Source: Polyangiaceae bacterium (GTDB taxonomy: Bacteria; Myxococcota_A; Polyangia; Polyangiales; Polyangiaceae). From it: a stretch of 30,086 nucleotides of DNA. This document shows positions 16,146 to 24,137 of this stretch, one piece after another (position 1 is the first letter of the stretch; each line of letters starts with the position of its first letter). The position numbers were made by a program, and so were the translations under genes. Location: NCBI GenBank assembly GCA_025453595.1, contig JALOQB010000032.1:1-30086 (forward strand), given 5' to 3'. The notes below the pieces were generated by a model. That model did no database searches. It had not been told where the DNA came from and was given only the letters and a program-made list of their open reading frames with translations.

Positions 16146-17053
16146 ACCCTCGCTCTGGTCCCCCCGGGGTTGCCCTCCGCCTCGCCTGCGCCCTGGCCCT
16201 GTGGTCCGGCCTGGCGGCGGCCCAGGATATGCCGGACGTCAGCAAGATCGCGGGCTTCGTCCGGTGGGGTGGGGTGCTGCTCTCGGCCCCGCTGGTGCTG
16301 GGCTCGCTGGTGGTGCTCCGGCTCATCGAGGACGGCGCCAGGAAGCTCGGGGAGCGCTTCCCCAACCGGCGCCCGACGCTGCAGAAGCTCGAGTCGGTGC
16401 TGCGCTTCGTCGTGTACATCGCGACGGTATCGCTGTGCATCTGGCTCAGCGTCCGCCTCGATCCGGCGGCGCTGGCGGTGATCGGCGGCGCCCTCGCCTT
16501 CGCGGTGGGCTTCGCCACGAGGGACCTGGTGGCCGCCTTCGTCGCCGGCCTCACCATCATCTTCGACCGACCGTTCCAGGTGGGCGACCGGGTGAACTAC
16601 GGGGGGCAGTACGGCGATATCACCAAGATCGGGCTGCGCAGCGTCCAGATGAACACGCTCGATCACAACGTGATCACCATCCCCAACAACAAGGTGCTCA
16701 CCGACGTCACCTCCAGCGGCAACTACGGCGCCCTCGAGATGCAGGTCGCCATGGATTTCTACATCGGCATCGACCAGAACGCCCGGCTCGCGGCCCAGCT
16801 CGTCGAGGAGGCCTGCCTGGTGAGCCCCTACGTGTTCCTTGGCCACCAGGTCCCCGTCGAGATCCGCCAGGAGCTCCTCCACGACCTCGTCGTCCTCCGC
16901 CTCAAGGCGCGCCCTTACGTCTTCGACTGCAAGTACGAAAAACGCTTCGAGACCGACGTCCACCTGCGGGTCCTGGAGGCCTTCCGGCGCCACAGCATCG
17001 CCCCCCCGGCGATCCTCCACCGCGACGCCCGCGGCGCCCCTCAGAAGCCGTAG
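16142..17053 (+). CDS. MscS-family small-conductance mechanosensitive channel.
   Basis: ATG at 16142 overlaps the upstream TGA (ATGA). The sequence 'DRPFQVGDRVNYGGQYGDITKIGLRSVQMNTLDHNVITIPNNKVLTDVTSSGNYGALEMQVAMDFYI' is canonical MscS. The six-frame ORF extends upstream to 15785, but that stretch lies inside the previous gene. Confidence 0.85.
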   Translation: MNPRSGPPGVALRLACALALWSGLAAAQDMPDVSKIAGFVRWGGVLLSAPLVLGSLVVLRLIEDGARKLGERFPNRRPTLQKLESVLRFVVYIATVSLCIWLSVRLDPAALAVIGGALAFAVGFATRDLVAAFVAGLTIIFDRPFQVGDRVNYGGQYGDITKIGLRSVQMNTLDHNVITIPNNKVLTDVTSSGNYGALEMQVAMDFYIGIDQNARLAAQLVEEACLVSPYVFLGHQVPVEIRQELLHDLVVLRLKARPYVFDCKYEKRFETDVHLRVLEAFRRHSIAPPAILHRDARGAPQKP

Positions 17054-18657
17054 CGCAGCTTGTACGGGATGCAGGCGTTGCTATCCACCACGTCCACCAG
17101 CACCCGCACGTCCGCCGACTCCTCATCGCCCTGGCAATTGAGGTTGGGCGTCAGGTTCCCGTCCGTCGAGCAGCAGCCGGGGCCGAAGGGCGTGGTCGAG
17201 GCCGAGTCGCCCCCGTTGCACGAGACCTGCTGACCCGCCACCGTCGGCCCGTTCTTGCACTTGAAATACGCGCACACGCGCACCCCGTTCCCCTGGGTAA
17301 ACTGGAAGGTCGGGTTCAGCTCGCACTGGATCGTGTCCTCGAAGTCCAGGCGGTACCAGTCCCGATCCGACGCCTCGCTCAGCGCCCCCTCCGCCACCAG
17401 CACCGAGTTGAACGAGCAGTCGTCGACCTGCCCCAGATCCGCCGCCGTGTCCGCCGTGTTGTTCGGCTCGTGAATGTCCTCCTCGCACGGGTCTGTCCCC
17501 GCAAAGACCTTCGTCTTGCAGATCCCCACGACCCCCTTGCCGCCCGCGAAGGTCTGCTTGTTGCACACCCCCCCGTTGCAGTCGCTGTCATCGCAGCAAT
17601 ACGCCTGGCACACCCCGTTGGAGCAGATGTTCCCGGCCTCGCACGGGTTCGCCTGGTTGCACCCCTCGCAGGTCGCCTGCGCGTTGCCCAGGGACGAACA
17701 GAAGAACGTTCCCCCATTCTGGTTGCTGAAGCGGCACGCCTGGCTGTCGCTGCACCCCTGGTTGGTGATCGGGTTGCAGTTGAAGCCATTGCTTCCCAGG
17801 GTAACGCAAGACCCCCCCGATGCGATCGGATCAGGCAGGTCACAGACCGGGTTGGTCGTCCCTTGCTGGCAAGCATCGCAGCTCGCCTCCGAGCAGCTTC
17901 GCAAGGCCAGAAACTCCGGGTCGTTCTGGCAATCCTTCCCCGCGTTGACGCTCACCAGGCACGCCTTGCAGTTGTCCCCGCAGGCCGCCGCCTCCGCGCA
18001 GCAGTTCTGCGTCAGGCACTCGCCGCAGGCCCCGGAGAAGCCCGTGCCGCAGCTGGGCGCACCGCCAGCCCCCGCCCCCGCCTGTCCGGAACCTCCGGCT
18101 CCCGCCGATCCGCCCGCCCCCGCTGGATCGGAGCCTCCCGCCCCCGCTGGATCGGAGCCGCCAGCCCCCGCAGGATCGCTCCCACCCGCCCCCGCCGGAT
18201 CGCTCCCACCCGCCCCCGCAGGATCGCTCCCACCCGCACCCGCAGGATCAGAACCGCCCGCCCCCGCAGGATCAGAACCGCCCGCCCCCGCCGGATCGGA
18301 GCCGCCCGCGCCCGCAGGATCGCTCCCACCTGCCCCCGCAGGATCGGAGCCGCCCGCGCCGGCCGGATCGCTGCCACCCGCACCCGCCGGGTCGCTCCCA
18401 CCCGCACCCGCCGGATCGCTCCCGCCTGCACCTGCTGGCTCGGAGCCACCGGCGCCGGCGGTACCACCCACCCCCGCGGTGCCCCCTGCGGAGCTACCGG
18501 CAGAGCCGCCCTGCGCGCCAGCGCCGGCGGTGCCAGCGCCGCCCGCGGTGCTCCCGGCAGAGCCACCTGCAGCGACGTTTCCAAGGCCGGTCTCGTCGGT
18601 GCCGCAGGCGAGGAGGAAGAGACCGGAGAGCAAGAAGGGGAGCAAGGATGTACGCAT
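17041..18657 (-). CDS. Lipoprotein with a tandem octapeptide-repeat linker (SDPAGAGG, about 14 copies), a Cys-rich domain and a C-terminal PPC-like (pre-peptidase C-terminal) domain.
   Basis: The lipobox is 'LFLLACGTDE'. The repeat block is (GSDPAGAG)n. The region has over 40 Cys in CxxC/CC patterns. The C-terminus has 'EPNNTADTAADLG...DRDWYRLDFED', which is PPC-domain-like. Confidence 0.7.
   Translation of the reverse strand: MRTSLLPFLLSGLFLLACGTDETGLGNVAAGGSAGSTAGGAGTAGAGAQGGSAGSSAGGTAGVGGTAGAGGSEPAGAGGSDPAGAGGSDPAGAGGSDPAGAGGSDPAGAGGSDPAGAGGSDPAGAGGSDPAGAGGSDPAGAGGSDPAGAGGSDPAGAGGSDPAGAGGSDPAGAGGSDPAGAGGSAGAGGSGQAGAGAGGAPSCGTGFSGACGECLTQNCCAEAAACGDNCKACLVSVNAGKDCQNDPEFLALRSCSEASCDACQQGTTNPVCDLPDPIASGGSCVTLGSNGFNCNPITNQGCSDSQACRFSNQNGGTFFCSSLGNAQATCEGCNQANPCEAGNICSNGVCQAYCCDDSDCNGGVCNKQTFAGGKGVVGICKTKVFAGTDPCEEDIHEPNNTADTAADLGQVDDCSFNSVLVAEGALSEASDRDWYRLDFEDTIQCELNPTFQFTQGNGVRVCAYFKCKNGPTVAGQQVSCNGGDSASTTPFGPGCCSTDGNLTPNLNCQGDEESADVRVLVDVVDSNACIPYKLRYGF
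18100..18450. repeat. Tandem repeat array: 24-bp unit, about 14-15 copies, with mostly synonymous variation.
   Basis: Read directly on the plus strand: 'gcccccgc(a/t)ggatcg(gag/ctc)cc(g/a)cc(c/a)' repeated. It encodes SDPAGAGG units on the minus strand. Confidence 0.7.
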
Positions 18658-18760
18658 GGGGGACCTCGGGTTGAGAGGTGGATTGTACCGCGTCGAGAGG
18701 CCAGGCGAGGGAAGAAGAAGCCCCCTTCCCGCAGAGGTCGCGGGGCGCTAGTCGAAGGCG

Positions 18761-20173
18761 ATGCACCCGTTGACGGAGAAGATTCTGGCGCAAGATCCCC
18801 GAGCCACCGCGAGGGCCTGCCGGCTGTGCGACGACCGGGTACCCGGTTACCTGGATCTGCTGCGTGGGCTCTTTCCCCACACCGGGCGAGCCTTTCTGGT
18901 CGGCGTGACGGGGAACCCGGGGGCCGGCAAGAGCACGGTGGTGGACCGGCTGGTGGAGCAGTACCGCAAGGCAGGGAAGCGGGTGGCGGTGGTGGCGGTG
19001 GACCCGACGAGCCCGTACTCCGGCGGGGCGATCCTGGGGGACAGGATCCGGATGCAGCGCCACTTCGAGGACCCTGGCGTGTTCATCCGGAGCGTGGCGA
19101 CGCGGGGCGCGCTGGGAGGGCTGTCGCGCTCGGCCTGGGACATCGTGAACGTGCTGGACGCGTGGGGCGCCGACGTGGTGATCGTCGAGACCGTGGGGGT
19201 CGGCCAGGACGAGCTGGAGATCACGCGGACCGCGCACAGCACGGTGGTGGTGATGGCGCCGGGGCTGGGCGACGACGTGCAGGCGAACAAGGCCGGGCTG
19301 ATGGAGTGCGCGGACGTGTTCGCCGTGAACAAGGCGGACCGGGAGGGGGCCGACGCGACGGTGCGGGATCTCGAGCTGATGATCGCGCTGGGGGGCGAGG
19401 TGCTGTCCGCGGGGGCCCACAGCCGGGGGCACGGGGCCGGTCACCTGGACCTGGCGCAGGCCAAGGTGAAGCACGGCGAGGGCGTGTGGGTGCCCCCCAT
19501 CGTGCGCTGCGTGGCGACCAGGAACCAGGGGGTCGACGCCCTCGTGGCGAAGCTGGAGGAGCACCGGCAGTGGCTGGCGAGCGAGCACGGGCAGCGGCGG
19601 GCCGAGCAGCGCCAGCGGGAGCAGCTCCGGGGGTTCCTGCGGGAGGCGCTGGTGGAGGAGGCCGCCGCGGCGCTGGGGGCCCGCATCGACGAGGCCGCGG
19701 CGCGGGTGCAGCGGCGCGAGGTGGATCCGTACACGGCGAGCGAGGCGCTGGTGGCGGCCTTTCGCCGGGGGTCGTTACTTCTTGCGGCCCACGTGCTCGG
19801 CCTTCCCGGCGCTGGGGCAGAGGTCAGCGGCCCCGCAGCGATCGCAGGCGGGGCGCTGGGCCGAGCAGACGCGGCGCCCATGGAAGATCAGCACGTGAGA
19901 GACCAGGTCCCGGTCCTCGGCGGGGAAGATCGCGGTCAGCTCGGCCTCGATCTTCTCTGGCGTGGTCTCGCGAGCCCAGCCGAGGCGCTGGCTCAGCCGC
20001 TGCACGTGGGTGTCGACCACGACGCCCTCGGGCATGCCAAAGCAGACCCCCAGCACCACGTTGGCGGTCTTTCGCCCCACCCCCGGCAGCGCCGTGAGGG
20101 CCTCGAAATCGTTGGGCACTTCCCCCCGGTGACGCTCGACGAGCTGGCGCGCCAGGGCCACGATGTTCCGTGA
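18761..20173 (+). CDS. meaB: MeaB/ArgK-family GTPase (methylmalonyl-CoA mutase-associated G-protein). The conserved protein ends at about 19790 and the remaining ORF is likely read-through.
   Basis: The P-loop is 'GVTGNPGAGKSTVVDRL'. 'VIVETVGVGQDE', 'NKADREGA' and the C-terminal dimerisation helix 'VDPYTASEALVAAF' are present. There is no in-frame stop until 20173. That gives about 400 nt of convergent overlap with nth, antisense to it. Confidence 0.7.
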   Translation: MHPLTEKILAQDPRATARACRLCDDRVPGYLDLLRGLFPHTGRAFLVGVTGNPGAGKSTVVDRLVEQYRKAGKRVAVVAVDPTSPYSGGAILGDRIRMQRHFEDPGVFIRSVATRGALGGLSRSAWDIVNVLDAWGADVVIVETVGVGQDELEITRTAHSTVVVMAPGLGDDVQANKAGLMECADVFAVNKADREGADATVRDLELMIALGGEVLSAGAHSRGHGAGHLDLAQAKVKHGEGVWVPPIVRCVATRNQGVDALVAKLEEHRQWLASEHGQRRAEQRQREQLRGFLREALVEEAAAALGARIDEAAARVQRREVDPYTASEALVAAFRRGSLLLAAHVLGLPGAGAEVSGPAAIAGGALGRADAAPMEDQHVRDQVPVLGGEDRGQLGLDLLWRGLASPAEALAQPLHVGVDHDALGHAKADPQHHVGGLSPHPRQRREGLEIVGHFPPVTLDELARQGHDVP

Positions 20174-20512
20174 TTTGGTGCGGAAGAAGCCGATGCGCTG
20201 GATCAGCGGCTCGACCTCCTCCGGCGTCGCCCGGGCCAGGGCCTCGGCGGTGCCAAAACGACCGAAGAGGGCGGGGGTCACCTGGTTGACCATCCGGTCC
20301 GTGGTCTGCGCCGACAGCACGGTGGCCACCAGGAGCTGGAAAGGCCCCTGATGCACCAGCTCGCAGTGAGCATCCGGGTGAAGCCCGCGGAGCCTGGCAA
20401 AAGCGGCCCTGGCTCGCGCACGTCGCTGGGGAGAAATTCGCACGGCGGGGCGAAGAACTAGCACGGACCAGGGCGATCGAATAAACCCGACCTGCGGGCG
20501 TCCAACGTCCAT
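19775..20512 (-). CDS. nth: Endonuclease III (DNA glycosylase/AP lyase).
   Basis: 'LLVATVLSAQTTD', the HhH-GPD motif 'LPGVGRKTANVVL', 'VDTHVQRL' and the 4Fe-4S cluster 'CSAQRPACDRCGAADLC' are all present. ATG at 20512. Confidence 0.85.
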   Translation of the reverse strand: MDVGRPQVGFIRSPWSVLVLRPAVRISPQRRARARAAFARLRGLHPDAHCELVHQGPFQLLVATVLSAQTTDRMVNQVTPALFGRFGTAEALARATPEEVEPLIQRIGFFRTKSRNIVALARQLVERHRGEVPNDFEALTALPGVGRKTANVVLGVCFGMPEGVVVDTHVQRLSQRLGWARETTPEKIEAELTAIFPAEDRDLVSHVLIFHGRRVCSAQRPACDRCGAADLCPSAGKAEHVGRKK

Positions 20513-20554
20513 CTATTTCACCCAGGTCACCCCTGGCCTCACCTGTTCGAAGGA

Positions 20555-22141
20555 GTGCTTGCGATGCAGAACGTGATCCGAAAGCTCAGCCTGGCCACCT
20601 TGCTGGTCATCCCCCTCGTCACCGGCGCCGGCTGCGAGGCCGCCGACAAGCTCAAGGAGGCCCAGGGTGACCTGTGCTGCACCGACTTCAAGGTGGGCGC
20701 TGACCTGAGCAACATTGACTGGGGTATCGAGGGCGAAGGCAAGGCCGAGTTCTCGGCGTTCATGCAGGCCTCCGCCGACTTCGCGGCGTCCGCCAGCGGC
20801 CTGGTGCTCGAGCTCGGCACCCTCTGCCAGGCCGTCGCCGTCGACATGGGCGCGGACGAGAACGAGGTGAAGGAGACCGACCCGGGCAACCGCGCCGCCG
20901 CCTGGTGCAACATCGTCGTCACCAGGATCAAGGCCGCCGGCTCCATCTCCATCGAGGCCCAGCCCCCGGTCTGCTCCATCAGCGCCAGCGCCCAGGCCAA
21001 CTGCGAGGCCAGCTGCTCCGGCAAGGCCGAGTGTCAGCTCCAGCCCGGCGAGCTGCCCCAGTGCGAGGGCGGCGAGGCCTCCTTCTCTTGCGAGGGCAAG
21101 TGCCAGGGCTCCTGCTCCGGCTCCGCTGACCTCGCCGTCACCTGCGAGGGCTCCTGCTCCGGTACCTGCGAGGGGTCCTGCGAGGGTACCTGCGAGGGCA
21201 AGTGCAACGGTACCGAGAGCAACGGCCAGTGCCAGGGCACCTGCGAGGGCACCTGCTCCGGCTCCTGCGCCGGCAAGTGCCGCGGCTCCTGCAAGGCCGA
21301 GGCGAACGCCAACCTCGAGTGCGAGGGCGAGTGCACCGGCTCCTGCGAGGGGACCATCAAGGCCCCGCGCTGCTCCGGCGGCTCCCTGCCCAAGGCCAAG
21401 TGCGAAGTCTCGGCCGACTGCTCCGGCTCCTGCAGCGCCAGCGCCCAGGCCAAGGCCGAGTGCAAGCCCGGCAGCCTCCGCATCAAGGCCGCCGGCGAGC
21501 TCAACGCCCGCGCCGTCGCCTCCCTCGAGGCGAACCTCCCCAAGATCCGCGTCCTCCTCGAGGCCAAGGCCAAGCTCCTCGCGGCCAACGCCCAGGCGGT
21601 GGTCCAGGTCGGCGGTCGCTTCACCGCCAAGGGCAACCTCAGCGTCAAGGCCACGGCCTGCCTGATCCCCGCCGTCGCGGCCCTCAGCGAGGCCGCTGGC
21701 AACGTCCAGGCGACCGGCACCGTCAGCGCCGAGTTCTCCGGCGCCATCAAGTTATCCAGCTTGCAGCGCCCCCGCAGGGGAGCGACCATCGACCGATGCG
21801 TCTCGCGGGCCCGTCCCCCCTGCCCCGCTGGCTCCTGGCCACCACCCTCCTCTCCGCGGCCCTCGCGGCCTGCGGCGAGGGGCTGGGCGCAGCTCCAGGC
21901 TCCGAGGGCGCCGGGGCCTCCAGCGGAAACGGCGGCGGTGGCGCTCCGGCCAGCGTGCTCTCCGGCGAGGCCCTCTACAAGCAGCACTGCGCCTCCTGCC
22001 ACGGCCCCACCGGCGAGGGCGCCACCGGCCCCTCGCTCAGGGGCTGGTCCCGGGGCGAAGCGGTGCTCCGCGAGGCCATCGAGACCCGCATGCCACCGCA
22101 GAACCCCGCCGCCTGCCAGGGGGCCTGCGCGCGGGACGTGA
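20555..22141 (+). CDS. Cys-rich lipoprotein with CEGxC repeats. The plausible native protein ends near 21750 and the ORF has no stop until 22141.
   Basis: A GAAGGAG RBS lies 7 nt upstream of the ATG at 20555. The lipobox is 'LVTGAGC'. Repeats such as 'CEGSCSGTCEGSCEGTCEGKCNG' are present. The distal Pro/Arg/Ser-rich tail overlaps the next gene's start region in another frame, which suggests a frameshift or an undetected stop. Confidence 0.6.
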   Translation: MLAMQNVIRKLSLATLLVIPLVTGAGCEAADKLKEAQGDLCCTDFKVGADLSNIDWGIEGEGKAEFSAFMQASADFAASASGLVLELGTLCQAVAVDMGADENEVKETDPGNRAAAWCNIVVTRIKAAGSISIEAQPPVCSISASAQANCEASCSGKAECQLQPGELPQCEGGEASFSCEGKCQGSCSGSADLAVTCEGSCSGTCEGSCEGTCEGKCNGTESNGQCQGTCEGTCSGSCAGKCRGSCKAEANANLECEGECTGSCEGTIKAPRCSGGSLPKAKCEVSADCSGSCSASAQAKAECKPGSLRIKAAGELNARAVASLEANLPKIRVLLEAKAKLLAANAQAVVQVGGRFTAKGNLSVKATACLIPAVAALSEAAGNVQATGTVSAEFSGAIKLSSLQRPRRGATIDRCVSRARPPCPAGSWPPPSSPRPSRPAARGWAQLQAPRAPGPPAETAAVALRPACSPARPSTSSTAPPATAPPARAPPAPRSGAGPGAKRCSARPSRPACHRRTPPPARGPARGT

Positions 22142-24096
22142 CCGCCTACATCCTGGCCCAGTTCGGCGCCCCCCCCCTGGTCTGCAAGGGCGATGAGCTC
22201 CCGCCACGGCGGCTCCGGCTGCTGAACCGGCGCGAGTACAACGCCACCATCCGGGACCTGCTGCGGCTCGGCGAGGACGCGAGCACCGGGGCCTCCTGCT
22301 CCACCGACGCGGACTGCAACATCTCCGAAGAATCCTGCGTCGCTGGCGCCTGCCAGCAGGACCCTTGCGGCCTCCACACCTTCGTGCTTCCGGCGCCCAG
22401 CCCCCTCCCCACGACCGTGCATGTCGCGGGCAGCTTCAACGGGTGGCCCGGCACCGTCGCCGCAGGAGGGTGGAAGATGACCCATGTGCCCAGCAAGGGC
22501 CTCTACGTCGCCAAGAAGGCGCTGCAAAACGGCGATTATTCGTACAAATTTGTCATCAACGAGGCCACCTGGATCAGCGACCCGGGGAACCCGAAGGGCG
22601 AGCCTGACGGGTTCGGCGGCCAGAACTCGTTGCTCAGCGTGGCCTGCTCGGCGCCGGGGGGCACCGGGGGGGCACCGCCGGAGCTGGATCTTGCCAAGAG
22701 CTTCCCGGTCGAGAGCCGCCCCAAGGGGTTCAGCTACGACAACAGCGCGACCGCGGGCCTGGTCACCTCGATCCACGTGGAGCAGTACCTCAAGGCCTCG
22801 GCCCAGGTGGCCAAGCTGGCCCTCGGCAACGCCGCCAAGCTGCTGCCCTGCAGCCCGGCGACGGAGAGCGCCTGCCGGACGACCCTCGTGCAGCAGCTCG
22901 GGCGCCGCGCCTTCCGCAGGCCCCTCACCGCCGCCGAGAGCGCGCGCTACGAGAAGCTGGCCTCCCTGCAAGATGGGCACGAGACCGCCGTCGAGGCGGT
23001 GGTGCGCGCCCTGGTGCTCTCCCCTCACTTTCTCTACCGCTCCGAGGTCGGCGTGCCCCAGCCCGACGGCACCTTCCGCCTCTCCCCCCACGAGATCGCC
23101 ACCGCCCTCTCCTACGCCTTCTGGGGCACCATGCCCGACGACGAGCTGGCCGCCGCCGCCGACAGCGGGGCCCTCGCCTCCCCCGACGCCATCGAGGCCC
23201 AGGCCCGCCGCCTCCTCGCCAGCCCCCGCGCCCGCCCCGCCCTCGCCGCCTTCAGCGCCCAGTGGCTCGGCATCGAGGGGGTCCCCTCCCTCGCCCGCAG
23301 CTCCGTGCTCTACCCGGGCTGGTCCGCCGCCCTCGGCGAGGCCATGCTCGACGAGTCCCGACGCCTCGTCGAGCACGTCGTCTTCGACGGCACCGGCAAG
23401 CTCGAGGAGCTCCTCACCGCCGACTACTCCTTCCTCGACCCCCAGCTCGCGTCGGTCTATGGAGCCTCTCTACCCTCGGGGGCCGGCAAGGCGCAGCTCC
23501 CGCCGGAGCGCAGGGCGGGGCTGCTGACCCACGGGAGCGTGCTGGCGAGCACGTCCCACTCGGACCAGTCGTCGCCGATCCGGCGAGGGCTTTTCGTGCG
23601 AGAGCGGCTGCTCTGCCAGGACCTGGGGCAACCGCCGGCGAACGCGGGGGGCGTGCCGGAGGTCGACCCGAAGGCGACCACGCGGGAGCGGTTCCGGCAG
23701 CACTCGAGCGACCCGACCTGCCGCAGCTGTCACCAGTACATCGACGAGGTGGGGTTCGGGATGGAGCGCTTCGACGCGATCGGCCGCTACCGGACGGAAG
23801 AGAACGGCCAGCCGATCCCGCCGGACGGGGACATGAACGACGTCGAGGGGCTGGGGACAGGGACGAAGGGGGCCTACACCAGCCTGCCGGAGCTGGCCTC
23901 CATCGTGGCCCGGAGCGAGGCGTTCCACGGTTGCTTTGCGCGGCAGGCGTACCGGTTTGCCCACGGGGCGATGGAGGGGGACGCGGACCGCTGCGCGCTG
24001 CAGGCGCTGGAGGGCCGCTTCGAGGCGTCCGGGTACGACGTGCGCGAGCTGTGGGTGGCGATCACGCGGCTCCCCGGCTTCGCCGCGCGGCGGTGA
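21796..24096 (+). CDS. Cytochrome-c-domain lipoprotein of the Planctomycete/myxobacterial DUF1587/1592/1595/1588/1585 type, with an internal CBM48/AMPK-beta-like module.
   Basis: ATG at 21796 with GGGGAG upstream. The lipobox is 'LSAALAACG'. The haem motif is 'CASCHG'. The module 'VHVAGSFNGWPG...DYSYKFVINEATWISDPGNP' is CBM48-like. The C-terminal 'CRSCHQYIDEVGFGMERFDAIGRYR' and 'PELASIVARSEAFHGCFARQAYRFAHG' are typical of this family. Confidence 0.75.
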   Translation: MRLAGPSPLPRWLLATTLLSAALAACGEGLGAAPGSEGAGASSGNGGGGAPASVLSGEALYKQHCASCHGPTGEGATGPSLRGWSRGEAVLREAIETRMPPQNPAACQGACARDVTAYILAQFGAPPLVCKGDELPPRRLRLLNRREYNATIRDLLRLGEDASTGASCSTDADCNISEESCVAGACQQDPCGLHTFVLPAPSPLPTTVHVAGSFNGWPGTVAAGGWKMTHVPSKGLYVAKKALQNGDYSYKFVINEATWISDPGNPKGEPDGFGGQNSLLSVACSAPGGTGGAPPELDLAKSFPVESRPKGFSYDNSATAGLVTSIHVEQYLKASAQVAKLALGNAAKLLPCSPATESACRTTLVQQLGRRAFRRPLTAAESARYEKLASLQDGHETAVEAVVRALVLSPHFLYRSEVGVPQPDGTFRLSPHEIATALSYAFWGTMPDDELAAAADSGALASPDAIEAQARRLLASPRARPALAAFSAQWLGIEGVPSLARSSVLYPGWSAALGEAMLDESRRLVEHVVFDGTGKLEELLTADYSFLDPQLASVYGASLPSGAGKAQLPPERRAGLLTHGSVLASTSHSDQSSPIRRGLFVRERLLCQDLGQPPANAGGVPEVDPKATTRERFRQHSSDPTCRSCHQYIDEVGFGMERFDAIGRYRTEENGQPIPPDGDMNDVEGLGTGTKGAYTSLPELASIVARSEAFHGCFARQAYRFAHGAMEGDADRCALQALEGRFEASGYDVRELWVAITRLPGFAARR

Positions 24097-24137
24097 GCCA
24101 CGGAGCGCCCTGGCGCGGGTTCAGGTACAGTCGGGCG

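Noticed and set aside
16201-20097. 1298-aa plus-strand ORF spanning MscS2, the lipoprotein and MeaB.
   Set aside because: It is a Arg/Pro/Gly-rich wrong-frame artefact that crosses three well-supported genes on both strands.
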